Below are positions 58,894-64,000 of a stretch of DNA of 64,000 nt, piece by piece. Position 1 is the stretch's first letter, and each line of letters starts with the position of its first letter. The notes under the pieces were generated by a model that worked only from the letters and a program-made list of their open reading frames with translations, had not been told where the DNA came from and searched no databases. The DNA is from an uncultured Gemmatimonadales bacterium (GTDB taxonomy: Bacteria > Gemmatimonadota > Gemmatimonadetes > Gemmatimonadales > GWC2-71-9), in NCBI GenBank assembly GCA_963728915.1, contig CAVSLV010000004.1, forward strand, positions 160,001 through 224,000. Reading direction: 5' to 3'. The position numbers were made by a program, and so were the translations under genes.

Positions 58894-60510
58894 ATGGCCC
58901 TCCCCACGGCCACCTCCTCCTCCGCGACCTCGCCGGTCGGATCGACCAGCAGAACCGAAGCCGGCAACAAGCGGGTCGCCAACGCGCTGCTCCAGTGGAT
59001 CGATCACCCGTCGCGACTGACCCTGGTCGCGATGCTGATCGGCTGGGGTGCGATGTACTTCGCCTATCGGGATCACTGGCTTGGCCTGGTCCTGGCGCTG
59101 GCTTGCACCGTGGCCGGTTTCGTCGCGATGGAGCGGGGACGGTCCAAGGCGCGCGGTCGATCCCATCGGCTTCGCGCCGCCATCGATGCCGCGGCCGCGA
59201 GAAACCGGGAGCTCGATCTGCTGCGGGGACTGGGCGCCACCCTCCTCCGGGTGCGGAGCAGCGGAGAGCTCCTCGAGGAAGCCGCCAGCCGTGCCAACCA
59301 TCTCCTCAACTGCCAGAGCAGCCTCATTCTCCTCATGGCCGAGGAAGGCCGCTTTCTCCGGATCGGCGCCGCCGCCGGGCGGCTTCGCTCCGCGGTCGGT
59401 GGCCTGGTGCCGGTGGAACGGTCTCTGGTGGGATGGAGCGTGGGCACCGATCGTCCGGTCGTCAGCCAGGACATGGCGAAGGATCCCCGGAATTTCCCGG
59501 TCCAGGCCATCCCGTCCGACCTGACCCGCATGATCACCGTGCCGCTCCGTTCCTCGGGTGTGGTGATCGGCGTGGTGACCTGCCTCAACCGCCAGGAAGA
59601 TCCCGGGTTCGGCGATCACGATGTGGCGCTGCTGACCGCCCTCGCGGAACAGGTGGCGGTGGGGCTCGATCGCGCCTTCATGATCGAGGAAACCCGCCGG
59701 AGCGAACAGGCCCTGGCGGACAAGAACCGGGAGCTGGTTCGGGCCACCAAGCTCAAGGACGAGTTCCTCGCCAACATGTCCCACGAGTTTCGCACTCCGC
59801 TCAACGCGATCATCGGGTTCTCCGAGCTGATCCTCGCGAGCCAGAGCGAGTGGATGAACGAGGAACAGCGGGATTTCATCGAGTCCATCGCCCGGAACGG
59901 CCGGCACCTCCTCGGCCTCATCAACAACATTCTCGATCTCTCCAAGATCGAAGCCGGGCGGATGACGGTGAATCTGACCCGGGCCGACTTCCGCGCGTCC
60001 CTGCGCGCCGCGGTGACCGACACCGCGAGCATCCGGCTCAACAAGCGGCAGACCTGCACCATCGAGGAGGCGGACCAGCCGATCGACCTGCTCGCCGATC
60101 ACGTCCGGGTGCGCCAGATCCTGATCAACCTGCTCTCCAACGCCTCCAAGTTCACTCTCGAAGGGGGCAGCATCCATGTCTCGGCGGTGCGAACCTCGGT
60201 TCCCCTCCCGATGCCCGCGAGCCGGAATGGAGAGTCGGCCCGGCTGGTGACCCGCGACGCGGTCTGGATCTCGGTCCGGGACACCGGCACCGGCATCAAG
60301 TCGGAGGACATGGACAAGCTGTTCAAGGTGTTCAGTCAGGTCGACAGCTCCTCGAGCCGGCAGCAGCAGGGCACCGGCCTGGGCCTCGCCCTCTGTAAGC
60401 AGTTCGTCGAGATGCACGGCGGGACCATCGGGGTGGAATCGGTGTATGGCGAGGGCAGCACCTTCTGGTTCGTGCTCCCCCTCGAGGGCCCCATCCGGCA
60501 TCCCCAATAG
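58894..60510 (+). CDS. Membrane-anchored GAF-domain sensor histidine kinase
   Basis: 2 TM, GAF, ANMSHEFRTPLN H-box, NLLSNASKFT, DTGTGI, GTGLGL. Confidence 0.93.
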   Translation: MALPTATSSSATSPVGSTSRTEAGNKRVANALLQWIDHPSRLTLVAMLIGWGAMYFAYRDHWLGLVLALACTVAGFVAMERGRSKARGRSHRLRAAIDAAAARNRELDLLRGLGATLLRVRSSGELLEEAASRANHLLNCQSSLILLMAEEGRFLRIGAAAGRLRSAVGGLVPVERSLVGWSVGTDRPVVSQDMAKDPRNFPVQAIPSDLTRMITVPLRSSGVVIGVVTCLNRQEDPGFGDHDVALLTALAEQVAVGLDRAFMIEETRRSEQALADKNRELVRATKLKDEFLANMSHEFRTPLNAIIGFSELILASQSEWMNEEQRDFIESIARNGRHLLGLINNILDLSKIEAGRMTVNLTRADFRASLRAAVTDTASIRLNKRQTCTIEEADQPIDLLADHVRVRQILINLLSNASKFTLEGGSIHVSAVRTSVPLPMPASRNGESARLVTRDAVWISVRDTGTGIKSEDMDKLFKVFSQVDSSSSRQQQGTGLGLALCKQFVEMHGGTIGVESVYGEGSTFWFVLPLEGPIRHPQ

Positions 60511-60526
60511 GTTGTAGATTCTCGGC

Positions 60527-60862
60527 ATGGGCGTGATCCGGCGGCGAATCGTCGCCCTCCTCCTGTTCGGGCTGGCGTTCCAGGGCGGCCCGGTCATGGC
60601 GCTCCTCGAGGCCTGGGAGCACGCCCACCTCAATGGTGCCCGCCACGGGCACGTCATCCATTTCGAATCCCGGGGAGCCCAGGACCACGACGATGCCTGT
60701 CTGGCCTGGATTCCTCCGGCCGGCAAGGCGCCGGTTGCCCGCGGGACCGTTTCGATCGCGCTCCCGGTCTCGTTGCCGATGCGCGCCGCGCCGATGGCAA
60801 CCCAAGCCTGCGGCCGGCCGGCTCTCCTTCCTCCATCCCGCGCACCTCCCGCTACGGCCTGA
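60527..60862 (+). CDS. His-rich DUF2946-like upstream ORF with C-terminal RAPP motif
   Basis: Signal/TM segment, HAHLNGARHGHVIH, DHDDAC, ends SRAPPATA; upstream of a TonB receptor. Confidence 0.7.
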   Translation: MGVIRRRIVALLLFGLAFQGGPVMALLEAWEHAHLNGARHGHVIHFESRGAQDHDDACLAWIPPAGKAPVARGTVSIALPVSLPMRAAPMATQACGRPALLPPSRAPPATA

Positions 60863-60873
60863 GCCAATCCGTT

Positions 60874-60897
60874 CCGCACCGGCACCAGCCGGTGCGG
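60874..60897 (+). promoter_or_regulatory. Hairpin between the RAPP uORF and the TonB receptor gene
   Basis: CCGCACCGGC-ACCA-GCCGGTGCGG perfect 10-bp stem starting 12 nt after the uORF stop. Confidence 0.5.
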
Positions 60898-60997
60898 CTC
60901 TGACTTTCACGGACTGCCATCCGGGGTTCGTGCCTGCCCGCTTTCCTCCGGGAAGCGCGGGTTATGGGCTCCGGCAGGCCACAGCGGAGAAACGATC

Positions 60998-63232
60998 ATG
61001 TTCGCCATCGCATTGGCAGGCGTTCTTCTGGCGGGAGGACCCCGGTCCGTCCCCGCCATTCCCCCCGTTGGTCATACCATCTCGGGTCAGGTCACCGATT
61101 CGGGTGGGGCGGGAATCGCGGGGGCGCGGATTGTCGTCCTCGAGGTCGCACGACTCGCACAAAGCTCCCCGGAGGGACGGTACAGTATCCCCGACCTGCC
61201 CGACGGGACCTATGGCATTTCCTTCAGTGCGGTCGGATTCGCGCCGGTCGTGAGGCGGGTCACCCTTCAGGGCCAGGACCAGGTGCTGAACGTGGCCTTG
61301 AAGGCGAGCCTCATCGAGCTGCCGGCGCTTCAGACCACCGCGACCCCACTCGCGACCACCTTGCTCGCCTCCCCCCAGCCGGCGGACGTCATCGGCGGCG
61401 CCGAGCTTCGCACCGCCCAGGCGCCGTCTCTCGGTGAGACCCTCAATGTCCTGCCGGGCGTCCACAGCTGGAGCACCGGCGTGGGTATCGGGAAGCCGGT
61501 GATCCGGGGACTCACCGCGAATCGGGTCCTGGTGCTCGACAACGGGCAGCGCCTCGAGACCGCCCAGTGGGGCGATGAGCATTCCCCCAACATCGAGACC
61601 GAGACCGCCGAGCGGATTGAAGTGATCCGGGGTCCGGCGAGCGTCCTGTATGGATCGGACGCGCTGGGGGGCGTCATCAACGTGATTCCCCGGGACCTCC
61701 CCAGCTCCGGCTTTCACGGGATGGCCTCGGCGGCATACGGCTCGAATAACCGGCAGCCGGACGGCGCCCTTCTGGTCGAAGGGGGAAGCCAGAGCTTCGG
61801 ACTTCGCGCCACCGTGAGCGGACGAAAGAGTGAGGATGTCCGGACCCCCGATTATGTCCTCTGGAACAGCGCGAACGAGGCCATCGGTGGCTCGGGAACC
61901 GCGGGCTTCCGGGGCAGCTGGGGTTCCCTCACCGGCACCTTTTCTCAGCGGAATGAGAAGATCCACCTCACCGACGAAGACCCCGAGGCCACCCCGCTCC
62001 AGCGGATCAATACCTCCCGGGCGCGCCTCGATCTGACCCTGCCGATCGGCATAACCCGCATTGAGGCCAGTGCCGGGTTCGAGCAGAACCGGCGCCGCGA
62101 GTTCGAGGAGGCGGATGATCCCACCGTGGCCCTCGGCCTCCGGACCCGGACCTGGACCGGCAACCTGCACGTCCACCACCCGGCCATCGGCCGCCTGAAC
62201 GGGCTGATCGGCCTCTCCGGATTCCAGAGCCGTTTCAGCAAGTTCGGGGAGGAAACCCTGATCCCCAACAACAAGGCCTACAATGTGGGGGCCTTTGCCT
62301 TCGAGCAGATCGAAGCCGGCCGGTGGAATTTCTCGCTAGGGGCCCGGGTAGACCACCGTCACATGGACGTGTCCGATGACGCCGAGCTCGGTGTCGAAGC
62401 ACAAACTCGCAATTGGAATTCGGTGACCGGCAACCTCGGCGCCCTGTTCCGGATCAGCGAGCCGGTGGCGATCGTGCTGAATCTGGGCCGGGGTTATCGT
62501 GCCCCGTCGGCGTTCGATCTCTTTTCAAATGGGGTCCACGAGGGCACCGTGGCCTTCGAGCGGGGGGAGCCGACCCTCAAGAACGAAACCTCGGTGAACA
62601 CCGATCTCGCGCTCCGGGTCCAGAGTTCCCGGCTCCGGCTCGAAGTCGGCGGGTTTGCCAACCTGATCCAGAACTTCATCTACACGATTCCCACCGGCGA
62701 GACCGATCCGGAATCGGGGTTCGAGATTTTCCAGACGACGCAGGGGGATGCCAGACTTCTCGGATTCGAGGCCAGCCTGGAGTACCACCCGGTCGCGGTG
62801 ATCCACCTCCAGGGATCGGCGGACTACACCCACGGTCAGAACACCGCTACCAAGAACCCCCTCCCGCAGATCCCCCCATTCCGGGTTCAGTATCAGATCC
62901 GGTTCGAAGGGAAGAGCAGAGGATCGTTCATCGATCCGTACCTCATGGCCGGAGGGGAGACCAATGCCAGGCAGTCGCGGCAGGACCCGGCCGAGGCCCT
63001 GTTCTACGCTTCGGCTTTCGACGGGGAAGGCTACGTCTCCAGGGGCTACACCCTTGCCCAGGCGGGGGCGGGGCTCGGGATCGTCACGGGAAACGCCGTG
63101 TTACGGATCGACCTGTCGCTGCACAACGCCTTCAACACGTCCTACGCCAGCTATCTCAGTCGGATCAAGACCAACGCCGTCAATCCCGGCATGGGGAGGA
63201 ATCTTACGGTGAAGGTGTCAACCGACTTCTGA
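60998..63232 (+). CDS. TonB-dependent outer-membrane receptor
   Basis: Signal peptide, N-terminal Ig-like domain, plug (KPVIRGL, IEVIRGPASVLYGSDALGGVIN), C-terminal Phe. Confidence 0.92.
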   Translation: MFAIALAGVLLAGGPRSVPAIPPVGHTISGQVTDSGGAGIAGARIVVLEVARLAQSSPEGRYSIPDLPDGTYGISFSAVGFAPVVRRVTLQGQDQVLNVALKASLIELPALQTTATPLATTLLASPQPADVIGGAELRTAQAPSLGETLNVLPGVHSWSTGVGIGKPVIRGLTANRVLVLDNGQRLETAQWGDEHSPNIETETAERIEVIRGPASVLYGSDALGGVINVIPRDLPSSGFHGMASAAYGSNNRQPDGALLVEGGSQSFGLRATVSGRKSEDVRTPDYVLWNSANEAIGGSGTAGFRGSWGSLTGTFSQRNEKIHLTDEDPEATPLQRINTSRARLDLTLPIGITRIEASAGFEQNRRREFEEADDPTVALGLRTRTWTGNLHVHHPAIGRLNGLIGLSGFQSRFSKFGEETLIPNNKAYNVGAFAFEQIEAGRWNFSLGARVDHRHMDVSDDAELGVEAQTRNWNSVTGNLGALFRISEPVAIVLNLGRGYRAPSAFDLFSNGVHEGTVAFERGEPTLKNETSVNTDLALRVQSSRLRLEVGGFANLIQNFIYTIPTGETDPESGFEIFQTTQGDARLLGFEASLEYHPVAVIHLQGSADYTHGQNTATKNPLPQIPPFRVQYQIRFEGKSRGSFIDPYLMAGGETNARQSRQDPAEALFYASAFDGEGYVSRGYTLAQAGAGLGIVTGNAVLRIDLSLHNAFNTSYASYLSRIKTNAVNPGMGRNLTVKVSTDF

Positions 63233-63261
63233 GGCGAAGCGCGGGGTCCCGGGTCAGGGAA

Positions 63262-63999
63262 TCATCTGCTCAACGGGCGGGGTTCCCTGACGCCGGACCG
63301 CTGCTCCCGAAGGCTCGCTCGGCGCACCAGCTCGAGGTGCGGGGCCAGCACATCCGCGAATTGCCGGGCGATCGCGGCGGCCGCGCGCCCCGTCATGGCG
63401 CTCCGGGTTCTGACGCTGAGGGCGCCCACCATGCGCCCCGCGACCGCCAGAGGCACGAAGACCTCCTCCCGGTGGCCGTCCACGCGGGAGACCCATTCCT
63501 TCCCCTGAAACAGCGGCCGCCCCGGGAACTGCTCGAGCGGGGTCGCCGGCAGGTCGGCCAGAGGGCGCAACAGCGCGGGATCCAGCGTGACGACTTCGAA
63601 CTCGCCCCGGCGGAGGTGGATCGAAAGGCCGTCATGGGGCAGGATCCGACCCATCTCCTCGCCGAATCGGCGCAATCCCTCGCCCAGCTCCACCATGCCG
63701 GCGAGTGCCGCGGCGGCCCGGGGAAGCGGGGGATCTTCCGCCGGGCCGGCGGGTGGGGCCGGCGCCGGGAGTGGCAGCACCGCGGCGCCGGCCCCGCGCA
63801 GCGCCTGTACCCGTGGGGCGAGCAGCAGGGCGACCAACCCGAGGGTCTCCTCGTCTTCGGGCCGGAAGGCATCGCGGGTGACGCTGCCGAGCAGAACATA
63901 ACCCGCGATGTCTCCCGCCACGACGAGCTTCGCCCCAAGGAGGGCGTGTAGCGGGACCGCCGGACTTTCCAAGGTCCAGCGCAGCCCCTCGACCTCGCT
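63262..63999 (-). CDS. 5'-truncated GAF-like domain protein
   Basis: Frame open to the window end; VPLAVAGRMVGAL and AFRPEDEETL GAF-like segments. Confidence 0.6.
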   Translation of the reverse strand, partial: SEVEGLRWTLESPAVPLHALLGAKLVVAGDIAGYVLLGSVTRDAFRPEDEETLGLVALLLAPRVQALRGAGAAVLPLPAPAPPAGPAEDPPLPRAAAALAGMVELGEGLRRFGEEMGRILPHDGLSIHLRRGEFEVVTLDPALLRPLADLPATPLEQFPGRPLFQGKEWVSRVDGHREEVFVPLAVAGRMVGALSVRTRSAMTGRAAAAIARQFADVLAPHLELVRRASLREQRSGVREPRPLSR

Positions 64000-64000
64000 G

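Overview
High-GC bacterial chromosomal window, densely coding. The gene repertoire (PadR plus duplicated orphan permease, ECF sigma/Ser-Thr kinase pair, many secreted beta-propellers, TonB receptor) suggests Gemmatimonadota or a similar diderm; this is inference only. No rRNA, tRNA, CRISPR, integrase or transposase was recognised. Housekeeping and metabolic content: Sdh1-type succinate dehydrogenase operon, divergent EF-G paralog, S9 peptidase, Slt lytic transglycosylase, D-aminoacylase, MacAB-like pair, yjcH-actP, thiolase, thyA-folA, RNase HI-like protein, and a SelD with an in-frame UGA (selenocysteine) plus SECIS-like hairpin that the ORF track truncates. Most interesting candidates: (1) 52.4-60.5 kb, a tandemly duplicated [TPR-only + TPR-HD-GYP] signalling module. 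Each copy lies behind an AT-rich region sharing a 16-bp motif, all four proteins end in -AA, a 19-aa hydrophobic micro-ORF is coupled to the first TPR gene, and the block is flanked by a divergent orphan peptide-binding protein and an orphan GAF histidine kinase. It may be a peptide-sensing, cyclic-dinucleotide-degrading system. (2) 47.0-50.8 kb, an operon of two non-canonical Ddl-like ATP-grasp ligases, a GNAT and a lysine 2,3-aminomutase, possibly making a beta-lysine peptide. (3) A His-rich RAPP arrest-peptide uORF with a hairpin ahead of the TonB receptor. Start codons were re-picked by eye, and all functional calls rest on motif recognition, not database searches.
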